A stretch of DNA of 64,000 nucleotides from Methanobacteriota archaeon (GTDB lineage Archaea; Thermoplasmatota; Poseidoniia; Poseidoniales; Poseidoniaceae). The translations under genes and the position numbers were made by a program. The stretch covers positions 38,146-102,145 of the forward strand of contig PSPT01000003.1 in assembly GCA_004195635.1 (NCBI GenBank). Reading direction: 5' to 3'. A model generated the notes under the pieces. It had not been told where the DNA came from and did no database searches. It saw nothing but the letters and a program-made list of their open reading frames with translations. Positions within the stretch are counted from its first letter, which is position 1. Each line of letters opens with the position of its first letter. This document shows, in pieces, positions 46,333 through 55,476 of this stretch.

Positions 46333-49300
46333 CTTGAATCCTCCAGCTCTAAGCGCATGGCCACACCTAACGATTTCATTTCGTCAAGTAATAACTTAAA
46401 TGCGTAAGAAGTTTGTACTTCGTGAACTTCAGCACCTGGGCCGAGTACCGGTGACACATAGGTGCGTCTTCGCCAATCATACCAAGCGATATGCCCAGAT
46501 TCTGAACATACCAGCAATTTTTCTCCATCCGACTGATCGAGTAAACGGTCCTTGATGACCATTGATGCGCCGTGAGCAATCAAACAATCACGCTCCATTT
46601 CACCAAATCTTAGTCCACCCTGACGAGCACGACCTTCTGTTGGTTGACGAGTTAGGATTTGCACACGACCACGGCTTCTAGCGTGGATTTTACTGCTTAC
46701 CATGTGGTGCAACTTCTGATAATAAATGACACCAACAAAAATATCTACGGGGTATGCCACTCCAGTTTCACCATTTATCATGACTTCACGACCAGTGTGG
46801 TTGAAGCCATTTCGCACTAATCCTTCACGGAGGCTGGTTTCCTTCTCACCGCGGAACGCAGTTCCATCGATGAAGCGTCCTTCAAGACTACCTACTTTGC
46901 CAGCAATCATTTCCATTACGTGAGCAACAGTCATTCTACTTGGGATAGCGTGAGGATTGATAATTAGGTCTGGGATGACTCCATCTCGAGTGAAAGGCAT
47001 ATCCTCTTGATTGACCAAGCGACCAATAACTCCCTTCTGTCCGTGACGACTAGAGAATTTGTCACCTACTTCAGGAATCTTATGTGAACGAACGGTTAGG
47101 CGTACGAGGCGTCCGCTATCCAAACTCTCAGTGAGATAAACATTGTCAACATAGCCCTTTTCACCATGGCGAATTGCCATGGAAGATTCACGTCGTTCTT
47201 GGGCTTGTAAGAAGGCACCAGCGCCGGTTTCTTCGAGGAAACGAGGAGGGCTTGTCTTTCCAACAACAACATCTCCGCCTTCGAGATAAACTTCCGGGGT
47301 CGGCAATCCATCATTTTCAAGGTGTTCATAGCAGCTAAGGGGTTTTAATCCCTTGATTTCTTCCTTCCCTGTTCCGGGAATTTCAATTTCATCGACTTGT
47401 CCACCTGGGAATCTACGGCGTTCAGCATTGTATGTACGCATGAAGGTTGAACGGCCCATTGCACGGTCAATACTTGACTTATTCATTGCAACTGCGTCCT
47501 GCATGTTATATCCGTGGTGAGACATAATAGCGACAACGAAATTCTGACCTCCGGGGCGCTCATTGAAGTTTGTAGTCTTCATAGCACGAGTTTGCGTAAT
47601 GGAACGTTGTGGGTAGTGGAGTAAGTGCATTCGGGTATCTGGGCGAAGGCGGTAGTTTGCACTCGGCAAACCAAGACTCTGCTTGACCATTGCTGTACCA
47701 CCAGTAACACGTGGGGTAGAATTGTGTTCGGGGTAAGGAATTAGACTTGCACAAACTCCAAGAATTAGTTGAGGGTCAATTTCAACGTGAGTGAACTCAC
47801 TGTCAAAGTTTAGAGGTAAGGAAAAAGATTCCTCTACCCATTCACCATTTGAAAGTTGAACTTTTGCAGTAACCTTTGCTTCAGTAGCGCCATCTTCACC
47901 AAGATTATCCCAACGGACATTCTCAGGAGCGATTGGGCGCTTCAACTTGGGAGTCAAATTAGGAAGATTGAATGGTTTAGGTGAAACATAGAGATCTTCT
48001 TCTTCCTCAGCATCAATCCACTCTACTATACCCTTGTGTAGAAGATCACGGAAGGTAATTTCACCAGCCTTTAAACCTTCCAAATCATCATTTGTGAGTA
48101 AGGGTGAACCATCGCGAAGAATCAATAATGGGCGCAGAATACGTCCCTTGTCAGTACTAATGAAAATATCACTGTTTGCAGCATCATAACGAATACTTAC
48201 TTCAGGGCGGATTGCTCCACGACGACGTGCATTCTTGAATTGGCGAACTAAACTTTTACCGCGCTTGTGGACTCCGTAAATGTCACCATTCACGTGAACA
48301 CGGTCTCCATCAGTCCAGTCCTCTGGCTGGAAAACATCGAATTCGTCTAGTTGTTCACGAACTTCCTCAACATTTGCTTCTTCTGAGATATCAACCATCA
48401 AAGCAGCATTCTTTACAAGACCACAGTTCTGTCCTTCAGGGGTTTCGTTGGGACATAGGCGACCCCATTGTGTTGGGTGCAAATCACGTGCTTCAAAGTG
48501 AGGTTGACTGCGAACAAGGGGGCTTGTTACGCGACGCATGTGGCTCAATGCCGAGGTATAGGTAGTTCTGTCAAGTAATTGACTGACACCACTTCGTCCA
48601 CCGACCCAGTTACCTGTTGCCAGTGCATGCATAATTTTGGAAGTCAAAACATCTGGGCGTAAACAGGAAGTGATTTTCAATTCACGCTTTCGGTTGTGGT
48701 GGCGCTCAAGTTGGTACTTCAAATCACGAGCAAGTTGGTTAAGTGAAACACGGAATAAGTCCTCGAATAAGTCACCTGCAAGACGAACACGCTTGTTTGC
48801 ATAGTGGTCTTTATCATTTGGCCCTTTGTCTGAAATAGCCATATCCAATACTTGGCGGACGATACGTCCTAGGAATACTGCCTTTTTCTTTCGGTCTTCA
48901 TAATCGCCACCTAGGTGAGGTAGTAATTCACGGTCAAGTAGTTGGGCAACTCTTGCTTCACGGTATTCTTTCTGCTGTCCAGCAGCGAATTTCTTCTCAA
49001 GCCATTGATGAGCATCATCGGTAGATTCTACTTCATATTCCTTGTTGTCCTTCACTTCGTTGATGTTTGCTACGATGAACTTGAAGGTTTCAGTTTCTCC
49101 AGCAATAGCTTGGAAAATCTCCTGGTCATTCTCAATACCAAGCGCACCCATCAAAAGCACAACTGGTATTGCAGTAGTCCCTGCAGTGCTGATTTTAACC
49201 ATCAACATACCATCACGGCGCTTTTCAACAGAAAGTGGTTTTCGCACACCATCTTTTTGTGAGAATATCTTAGCCATCTCGGTCTTCTTCTTGTATCTCT

Positions 49301-49928
49301 TATTGAGTTCAACAGTAACTCGGTTTGGCGCTAAGTCTTCCATTGAAATGAGAACTCTTTCTGTTCCATTGATAATGAAATATCCACCTTGGTCAAGAGG
49401 ATCTTCTCCTTTTTCTCTCCAAAGGCGGAAAGCAGTTTCCTTGTCATCTTCATTTGTATTAGGATGCAAGACGCGGTCATTTAGCAAGTGAGAGGGGTGT
49501 AGGTTACAACGGCGGCTTCGCACCATGGTTGGTAAATTACCAATAGCAACTCCTTTTTCAACAGGAGATGGGATTCCATCACGGAAAATAGTGAAATCAA
49601 TTGTAACTGGAGACATGTATGTCAACTTTCGCAGTCGGCATTCCATTGGTGAAGAATCGTGCTCACTACCGTTTGCTTCTCGGATAACTGGAGAACCAAG
49701 TGTAATGTTACGTAGGCGAATAAATATTTCTTGGTCGATTACGTCGAGTTTGATAACTCCACCTTCTTCATCCTCAAAAATATCGTCGGTACCAACACGG
49801 ATTCCACGAACAATCCTTTCCATTCTGGAATTGCGGTTGCTACTTGAGGGTATACAGTCATCGTATGACGCTACTTGGTGGTTCACTAGTGAACGCTCTT
49901 TGAAATATGCTTCAATAATTTCTTGCAT
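46329..49928 (-). CDS. rpoB: DNA-directed RNA polymerase subunit B (unsplit, 1199 aa)
   Basis: Rpb2-type motifs throughout (GQKGVIGRLV..., C-terminal Zn-site region). B' and B'' are fused in one ORF. The stop overlaps the rpoA' start. Confidence 0.95.
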   Translation of the reverse strand: MQEIIEAYFKERSLVNHQVASYDDCIPSSSNRNSRMERIVRGIRVGTDDIFEDEEGGVIKLDVIDQEIFIRLRNITLGSPVIREANGSEHDSSPMECRLRKLTYMSPVTIDFTIFRDGIPSPVEKGVAIGNLPTMVRSRRCNLHPSHLLNDRVLHPNTNEDDKETAFRLWREKGEDPLDQGGYFIINGTERVLISMEDLAPNRVTVELNKRYKKKTEMAKIFSQKDGVRKPLSVEKRRDGMLMVKISTAGTTAIPVVLLMGALGIENDQEIFQAIAGETETFKFIVANINEVKDNKEYEVESTDDAHQWLEKKFAAGQQKEYREARVAQLLDRELLPHLGGDYEDRKKKAVFLGRIVRQVLDMAISDKGPNDKDHYANKRVRLAGDLFEDLFRVSLNQLARDLKYQLERHHNRKRELKITSCLRPDVLTSKIMHALATGNWVGGRSGVSQLLDRTTYTSALSHMRRVTSPLVRSQPHFEARDLHPTQWGRLCPNETPEGQNCGLVKNAALMVDISEEANVEEVREQLDEFDVFQPEDWTDGDRVHVNGDIYGVHKRGKSLVRQFKNARRRGAIRPEVSIRYDAANSDIFISTDKGRILRPLLILRDGSPLLTNDDLEGLKAGEITFRDLLHKGIVEWIDAEEEEDLYVSPKPFNLPNLTPKLKRPIAPENVRWDNLGEDGATEAKVTAKVQLSNGEWVEESFSLPLNFDSEFTHVEIDPQLILGVCASLIPYPEHNSTPRVTGGTAMVKQSLGLPSANYRLRPDTRMHLLHYPQRSITQTRAMKTTNFNERPGGQNFVVAIMSHHGYNMQDAVAMNKSSIDRAMGRSTFMRTYNAERRRFPGGQVDEIEIPGTGKEEIKGLKPLSCYEHLENDGLPTPEVYLEGGDVVVGKTSPPRFLEETGAGAFLQAQERRESSMAIRHGEKGYVDNVYLTESLDSGRLVRLTVRSHKIPEVGDKFSSRHGQKGVIGRLVNQEDMPFTRDGVIPDLIINPHAIPSRMTVAHVMEMIAGKVGSLEGRFIDGTAFRGEKETSLREGLVRNGFNHTGREVMINGETGVAYPVDIFVGVIYYQKLHHMVSSKIHARSRGRVQILTRQPTEGRARQGGLRFGEMERDCLIAHGASMVIKDRLLDQSDGEKLLVCSESGHIAWYDWRRRTYVSPVLGPGAEVHEVQTSYAFKLLLDEMKSLGVAMRLELEDSR

Positions 49929-49940
49929 CTTAATTCCTCC

Positions 49941-50564
49941 TTAATTTGTTCCCTCTACGATAAGGCGGTAAGCCACTGAAGTGCCTGCAGAAGGGCTCTT
50001 GCGAATCACTCGCAAAACTCGGTCGGCTAACCATCCAGCAGGGAGTGGGGTGTGCCCCTCATCTTCCAGCGATTTTGCCATGTCTTCCTTTTCGGCTATT
50101 TCTTTGATCACTTGAATGACGGGGTCGGTCATTAGGATCTTTGGGAGTAATTCTTTTCGCAGGCGATGCTCGCCTGTTTCCTCATCTATTTCACCGAGGT
50201 TCCATGGTGCTAGTGCATCTTCTTCCTCTTCCTCAGGAACCAATTCTTGATGAGGGACGATTACGTGATTAAGAACATTAAACTTGGTAAGCCCCATTGG
50301 GAAGTCATCAATGTCAACTGCGCGCGCATTGATAGTAATTTTCTTGGATGCCTTTTTACGGCGGTTAGTGGTAAGTTCACGAATAACATTCATGATGTTT
50401 GCAAAGCGGTCATCTTCTTTGCTCATTCCAACGGCTTTTGCGACCTCGTCAATTGACATCTGCTTGATATCAGCCATGTTTCGATCAGTAGCGAGTTTGT
50501 GAGCGTGTTCCTCAGCAATCCCCATTTCTTGCAGTCGCTTTTTTGTTGCGCTCTTTACCACCAT
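49941..50564 (-). CDS. rpoH: DNA-directed RNA polymerase subunit H (Rpb5-like) with N-terminal extension of about 100 aa and an internal insertion
   Basis: C-terminal region FNVLNHVIVPHQELVPEEE...LPKILMTDPVIQ...RVLRVIRKSPSAGTSVAYRLIV matches RpoH/Rpb5 (HxLVPxH and ...R.S.tAG..v.YR). Typical RpoH is about 80 aa; this ORF is 207 aa. Confidence 0.9.
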   Translation of the reverse strand: MVVKSATKKRLQEMGIAEEHAHKLATDRNMADIKQMSIDEVAKAVGMSKEDDRFANIMNVIRELTTNRRKKASKKITINARAVDIDDFPMGLTKFNVLNHVIVPHQELVPEEEEEDALAPWNLGEIDEETGEHRLRKELLPKILMTDPVIQVIKEIAEKEDMAKSLEDEGHTPLPAGWLADRVLRVIRKSPSAGTSVAYRLIVEGTN

Positions 50565-50615
50565 TTTGCTAACCCCAATACCCTTCTCGTCACCGGCCTG
50601 TATCCCAGCCAGAAG

Positions 50616-50689
50616 CGGGCCTGACGGGGTTCGAACCCGCGACTAACCGGTTAAAAGCCGGTTGCTCCACCTGGCTGAGCTACAGGCCC
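50616..50689 (-). tRNA. tRNA-Lys (anticodon UUU)
   Basis: Minus-strand GGGCCTGTAGCTCAGCCAGGTGGAGCAACCGGCTTTTAACCGGTTAGTCGCGGGTTCGAACCCCGTCAGGCCCG. Anticodon loop CUUUUAA (UUU), T-loop TTCGAAC. It lies 51 bp upstream of rpoH on the same strand. Confidence 0.9.
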
Positions 50690-50878
50690 AAATGACACTC
50701 TGGGCCACCCGCCGTCCTACATCTCCCCTAAAAACACTACGGTGCGAAAAACATAGACCACGCTGGGCATCCTCGACGTATTGACGCCCGGAGTTAACTA
50801 AACCTTAGACCTCCGATGCAATAAAGCCTTCGTGCCTCCTCCCATTGATTATTCCACCTGCAATAGGGGCTCAGTACC

Positions 50879-52381
50879 ATGGTTAGACATAGTCTTTTCA
50901 CAAACTCAGAGGTTGAACGAGAAAGAGAAATCTTGCAATCTAGGGGTAGGAAAGTCATCTGGTTGACACCCGATAATCAGGAAATAGAGGCTCAAATACC
51001 CCCCACGACCTACCCCCCGAGAAAGGACACCTCAATGCTCGCCGAAGCGATTTTTTCTTTGGGTGAAGGAAGGGGGCGAAAAATGCTTGAAATCGGTTGT
51101 GGAAGTGGAGTAATAGGCACTTGGGCAAATCAAAGAAATTGGCGATGTTCGGCTTGTGATATTAACCCGTATTCTGTAGCCGCAACTAGGGCATTATTCA
51201 GCAACTACGGATTCCCTCCAGAAATGGTCCGAGAAGGAGGGCCAGGTGAAGGAGCGAACTCTGCTTGGGCTGGAGATGAAAATTACGACCTTATCGTCTG
51301 GAATTTACCTTATATGAGTCCACCCCAAAATGCCACGGAATTACTTGGACCTCTCGAAGAATCAGCATTGCTTGACCTTGAAAAGGACGGCACTGATTCG
51401 CTATTGCTCAACTCACTCCAAACTATTGAACCTAACTCAGCAAGCATTTCGCACACTAAAACCCAGCACCCAACCGCAGCAGATGCCCTCAACATCTCAG
51501 CCTCTGCACAAACCCAGCAAACCTCATTCAAGGGAAGTCGATTGCTTGCAAAAGGTGGCTTGATATTATTAGTTCACTCATCAAATGAAAACGGACGAAG
51601 AATATCTGGGAAATGGGCCAAAAAGGGTTGGGCGAGTAAAATCATTCATTCAACTTCTTTTGCAGATGGAGAAGAATTGTTTGTTTTGGCTCTTTGGCGG
51701 GCTTTTTCTGAGGCCCGAGTAGAACGCGTTGATTCAATTGATTCTACCAATCGCTACTTACTGGAAAAGGGTGGTCGACTCGGAAGCAGGATCTGTGCAA
51801 TCCAGCAAACGGAAGGCCGCGGCATGTCAAACAATAAGTGGGATACAAGAGATGGAAGTTTTGCTTGCTCTTGGGTTTTACATGATGGAATGCAAACTCA
51901 ATTCAAACCTGGGCAGGCGCAATTGCTCGCAGGCCTAGCCACTCTAAAGGCAATAAACTTCCTTACCGATGACACAGGCGGTACAAAAAAAGAGGGCGTT
52001 TTCAAAGGAATTGAAATATTCCAAAAATGGCCGAATGACATTTGGTCAAAACACGGAAAGGTAGCAGGAATTCTCATTGAAGGGCGCTCGGATGGGACAA
52101 AGCAAACTATCGTCTTAGGAATCGGCGTCAACCTATGCGAAATAGCAAGCGGCCCCTCATCTGCATACTCCAAGCAAAATACTGCGCATGAACACAAATA
52201 CCCTCATGATTCTTTGCAAAATATGCCACCCTCGCCAGTTATTTTGAAAATCCCCCACTGCAAATTCTACCCACAGAAAAGGAAAATATTATCCCACAAA
52301 CCGACATTAGTTTCATCGCTGAAAAAGCACAGATTTTTTCCAACATTACACACTACTTGCACCATCACTCTAAACCTATGA
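50879..52381 (+). CDS. Fusion protein: N-terminal HemK/PrmC-like SAM-dependent methyltransferase domain plus C-terminal biotin--protein ligase (BirA-like, BPL_LplA_LipB) catalytic domain
   Basis: N-terminal half: LEIGCGSGVIG (SAM motif I) and YDLIVWNLPYM ([ND]PPY-type motif IV). C-terminal half: VDSIDSTNRYL, QTEGRGMSNNKW (degenerate GRGRxGRxW) and KWPNDIWSKHGKVAGILIEG (the KWPND...GK.aGIL.E BirA signature). Single uninterrupted 500-aa ORF. Confidence 0.7.
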   Translation: MVRHSLFTNSEVEREREILQSRGRKVIWLTPDNQEIEAQIPPTTYPPRKDTSMLAEAIFSLGEGRGRKMLEIGCGSGVIGTWANQRNWRCSACDINPYSVAATRALFSNYGFPPEMVREGGPGEGANSAWAGDENYDLIVWNLPYMSPPQNATELLGPLEESALLDLEKDGTDSLLLNSLQTIEPNSASISHTKTQHPTAADALNISASAQTQQTSFKGSRLLAKGGLILLVHSSNENGRRISGKWAKKGWASKIIHSTSFADGEELFVLALWRAFSEARVERVDSIDSTNRYLLEKGGRLGSRICAIQQTEGRGMSNNKWDTRDGSFACSWVLHDGMQTQFKPGQAQLLAGLATLKAINFLTDDTGGTKKEGVFKGIEIFQKWPNDIWSKHGKVAGILIEGRSDGTKQTIVLGIGVNLCEIASGPSSAYSKQNTAHEHKYPHDSLQNMPPSPVILKIPHCKFYPQKRKILSHKPTLVSSLKKHRFFPTLHTTCTITLNL

Positions 52382-52605
52382 TTAACGGTGTAGTAGTCAA
52401 ACCAACAGACATCAATTCCGATGGAGAGTTAGTAGTTACTCACAAAGGAGAGAGCATCTCAATAGACTCGCCATCTCAACTTACTTGGCCACACAAAAGC
52501 CAACCCTAAACTCGTGATGTTTAACCAACTCATTCTCATTCAGACAATGCTCACTTCAGCAAGTAGCATCGATCATTATTGATTGCTAATAAACCTGAAA
52601 ATGAA

Positions 52606-53205
52606 TTATTTTGGTGGCTCTTGAGATTCATCCTCGAGGCGCTTGTGCTGCATACCTTGCCAAACCCCCCAGCCCAATAATGCTGCACCGATAATAGGCA
52701 TGAGGAAAGGTTGCATCCATCGGCGTTCAAGATAAATTGACCATTCAAGTTCACCATCTAATTCGTATGCAATAGAGTACGTTCCACCTTCTTCAATATC
52801 AAATGTGACTCCATTTTCATCGCCCTTCGCGAGAAAGATATCATCGAATGTTTGAACAGCATCGCCATCTTCATTGACTAATGAAAACTTTGCATCAATG
52901 CAAGAAGTTGATTCGGGAAAACACTTTGTCCCTTTGAATTCAAGGCGAATAGAATCTCCTTTTGCAACATCTATAGATAATAACTCCCCTCGGACATTTC
53001 GCTGGACCTCACCATTTTCGCCCTCTATTGCACCAGCATCATGAGTGACGGGAATAAACATCAAGGAAAGCGAACCTAAAAGTAATACTGCACCAATAAT
53101 TGTTGCAACATCATGGAGAGAAATTGCAGGTGCATGTCCACCGCCGGCCATGAACCCTCCAAATGCATCGAGCACATGAAATGCGCACCTCAAACAATTG
53201 TTCAA
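52606..53205 (-). CDS. Membrane protein with N- and C-terminal TM helices flanking an acidic beta-rich ectodomain
   Basis: ORF with TM helices at both ends. No family recognised. Confidence 0.4.
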   Translation of the reverse strand: MNNCLRCAFHVLDAFGGFMAGGGHAPAISLHDVATIIGAVLLLGSLSLMFIPVTHDAGAIEGENGEVQRNVRGELLSIDVAKGDSIRLEFKGTKCFPESTSCIDAKFSLVNEDGDAVQTFDDIFLAKGDENGVTFDIEEGGTYSIAYELDGELEWSIYLERRWMQPFLMPIIGAALLGWGVWQGMQHKRLEDESQEPPK

Positions 53206-53261
53206 TAATTATTGCAGACTAAGGAGTCACCCCAAACGTTCACGAGCAAAGGGGCAAATCC

Positions 53262-53750
53262 TCAGTTACTTTTCCTTGGTGGCTTTTGCAAACCCATACG
53301 CTTGCGAACCATGGCGATTTTCCCCGATGCAGTTACGGAAGAAAATATGCTGGAAACCGAAAGATTTTCTTCCCCTTCCAGTCTTACAGAAATATCAATT
53401 TCGGCACCATCAACAGATGAATTGGTGGCGGCAGAAAATATACCTCGCAACAGAGAATAGTCTTTCAAATCAATTCTAACAATCGCCCTGCCGTGATGAA
53501 CGGAATTATCTGAAATATCTGCTGAATCTGTTGAAGATAGGGAGGAATTAGTTTGCTTTGGTGCATAATGGCAATCAAAGAGGCGCCATTTGAATTGATC
53601 AGCAACGAATTTGGCAAATTTTTGCTCAAAAATAGTTCGGCTTTGAATGTCAGCGTCAAACTCAACTCCAACCCAACGCCACTTCGGGCGCAAGGCCTTG
53701 GTCAATTTCCGCTTACCCAAATTGGGGTTGGAATTGCCGCTCATGCGCAT
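53262..53750 (-). CDS. Hypothetical basic protein. Start reassigned to an internal Met; the track ORF extends to 54221.
   Basis: The upstream 470 bp of the track ORF are antisense to the N-terminus of the plus-strand membrane protein and encode Ser-rich low complexity. Starting at MRMSGNSNPNLGKRK... (53750) removes the overlap and creates a 46-bp divergent intergenic region. Confidence 0.4.
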   Translation of the reverse strand: MRMSGNSNPNLGKRKLTKALRPKWRWVGVEFDADIQSRTIFEQKFAKFVADQFKWRLFDCHYAPKQTNSSLSSTDSADISDNSVHHGRAIVRIDLKDYSLLRGIFSAATNSSVDGAEIDISVRLEGEENLSVSSIFSSVTASGKIAMVRKRMGLQKPPRKSN

Positions 53751-53796
53751 CCGAGGGCCGCACCCCTTAACATGCTTAGACCTCCGGCAACAGTTC

Positions 53797-55452
53797 ATGG
53801 TTGCATCGAACGACCCATCGCTTGATGGCGGGGAAGAGGCAGATGACTTATTGAGTGATCTAATTGATTCAAGTGATGAATCCACTGAAACAACTGACGG
53901 ATCAACAGACTCATCATCATCCGGCGAAACAAATCCCCTCACCCCAGCAGTCGGAGAAAAGGAATTCAATGAAGATATTGACTCCTTTGGGATTTTTACA
54001 CTTCTAAGGACTATATTAGCACGAAATACGATGCCGCACATTCTTCTTTTGGCGACTTCCGCCTTTTTCCTTAACATATTGGCAAATAGTTCGGCAGATG
54101 GTTCTGCAGAGTTTGCGGCAATGGGCTTTATTTCACTTGCCGGAGCATATGCAATCGTCGCCTTACTTTCAAAGAAAGAGTCAATGCAACGAATGCTACA
54201 TACAAGCCCTTTCTCTCTCACCGAGGGGGAAGAAAAATCATTCTCAAATGTAATGATTCATAAAACAAAGCAGATAGTCAAAGTTTGGGCATTACCACTA
54301 GTTATTACTGGAGCACTTCTAATGCTACTAATGGTATCATTTAGCGATGATAGTCCGCTTGGTTCTGTTCGCAGTTACCTGCCTTTTGGATTAGGGTCTC
54401 TTTTTGTCGCATGGTCTATTGGCCAGGGAGTTTCATTTAGAGCATCAATCGCTACAATGATCAAAGAGAAAGTCTCGGAAAAATCAACTGAGATAAGCCC
54501 TCCACATTTTTGGCCGATAGCAATTACGATGATGGTGGCAAACCTAATTGTGGGTGTACTCCTCATCATTTTATTCTCAGCAATTCAAGATAAGGAATTA
54601 ACAACATCTCTTGACCAAGCAAGCACTTCAATTGGAGGACATGTGTTATTCATTGTACTGATTTTGGCATCGCAGGGTGGATTATTGTGGTGGTCAAAGG
54701 CATTTGTGGAAAGTGCAAGTACTAACAAGCAAAGTAATTCCTTTTCCCTGCGTTGGGGAATAGCAGTTCAAGCATTTGCAACATGGCACCTAATGTCTGT
54801 ATATCGACAATACATGATGGCATCACCATCTACTTTCACCGCAATTGAAGAAGGACTCCTAATGATAATCACCGTTTTGCTTGCCATTTGGGGAATGACG
54901 ACAAAAGGAATCGCCAAAGAAAACAGTATTTTTACTAAGGATAATGCGCTCTTTTGGGGATTGGCATTTGGCTTTGGATATGCTGGGTCAATCGCGATGG
55001 TAGCGAATGTATTGGGCGACGTCAAGGGAGTCTTAATCGCCGGTCACCTAATCACCTGGATGACCCTTCAACTCCTCCACCGCGCCGCATTAAAGGACTT
55101 CCTAATCTCAAAAGGCCAAATTGATAAGGCTGGAAATGATAAGACCGAACCAAGTGACACCCCATCTGAAAATTCCGGCTCTGAGGCAATTGCCGCCGCT
55201 GGAAAAGAAGCAGGAGATGGTGAAGAGGACGAGGCTCCAGTTGGCGAAAATATAGATTTGGATGGAGATGCAATTGGTGATGATTCAAATGTTGATTGGA
55301 GCGGAGAAATACCCGATCCAATCGTTGCAGATGAGGATTGGGGCGGAGACGAGCAAAATGAGAATCCGCCAGTCAATACTGATGAAGAAGATTCAAGTGA
55401 CCAAGATGAAAGCAATGGTTCATTTGACGATGATTTGGAATTACTAGATTGA
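53797..55452 (+). CDS. Polytopic membrane protein with acidic N- and C-terminal tails, unknown function
   Basis: About 10 hydrophobic helices. The C-terminus is DWGGDEQNENPPVNTDEEDSSDQDE... Start taken at the in-frame ATG at 53797 (MVASNDPSLDGGEE...); the track start is 53647. Confidence 0.5.
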   Translation: MVASNDPSLDGGEEADDLLSDLIDSSDESTETTDGSTDSSSSGETNPLTPAVGEKEFNEDIDSFGIFTLLRTILARNTMPHILLLATSAFFLNILANSSADGSAEFAAMGFISLAGAYAIVALLSKKESMQRMLHTSPFSLTEGEEKSFSNVMIHKTKQIVKVWALPLVITGALLMLLMVSFSDDSPLGSVRSYLPFGLGSLFVAWSIGQGVSFRASIATMIKEKVSEKSTEISPPHFWPIAITMMVANLIVGVLLIILFSAIQDKELTTSLDQASTSIGGHVLFIVLILASQGGLLWWSKAFVESASTNKQSNSFSLRWGIAVQAFATWHLMSVYRQYMMASPSTFTAIEEGLLMIITVLLAIWGMTTKGIAKENSIFTKDNALFWGLAFGFGYAGSIAMVANVLGDVKGVLIAGHLITWMTLQLLHRAALKDFLISKGQIDKAGNDKTEPSDTPSENSGSEAIAAAGKEAGDGEEDEAPVGENIDLDGDAIGDDSNVDWSGEIPDPIVADEDWGGDEQNENPPVNTDEEDSSDQDESNGSFDDDLELLD

Positions 55453-55476
55453 TACTATAGGTCCGAAAAACGTTAT

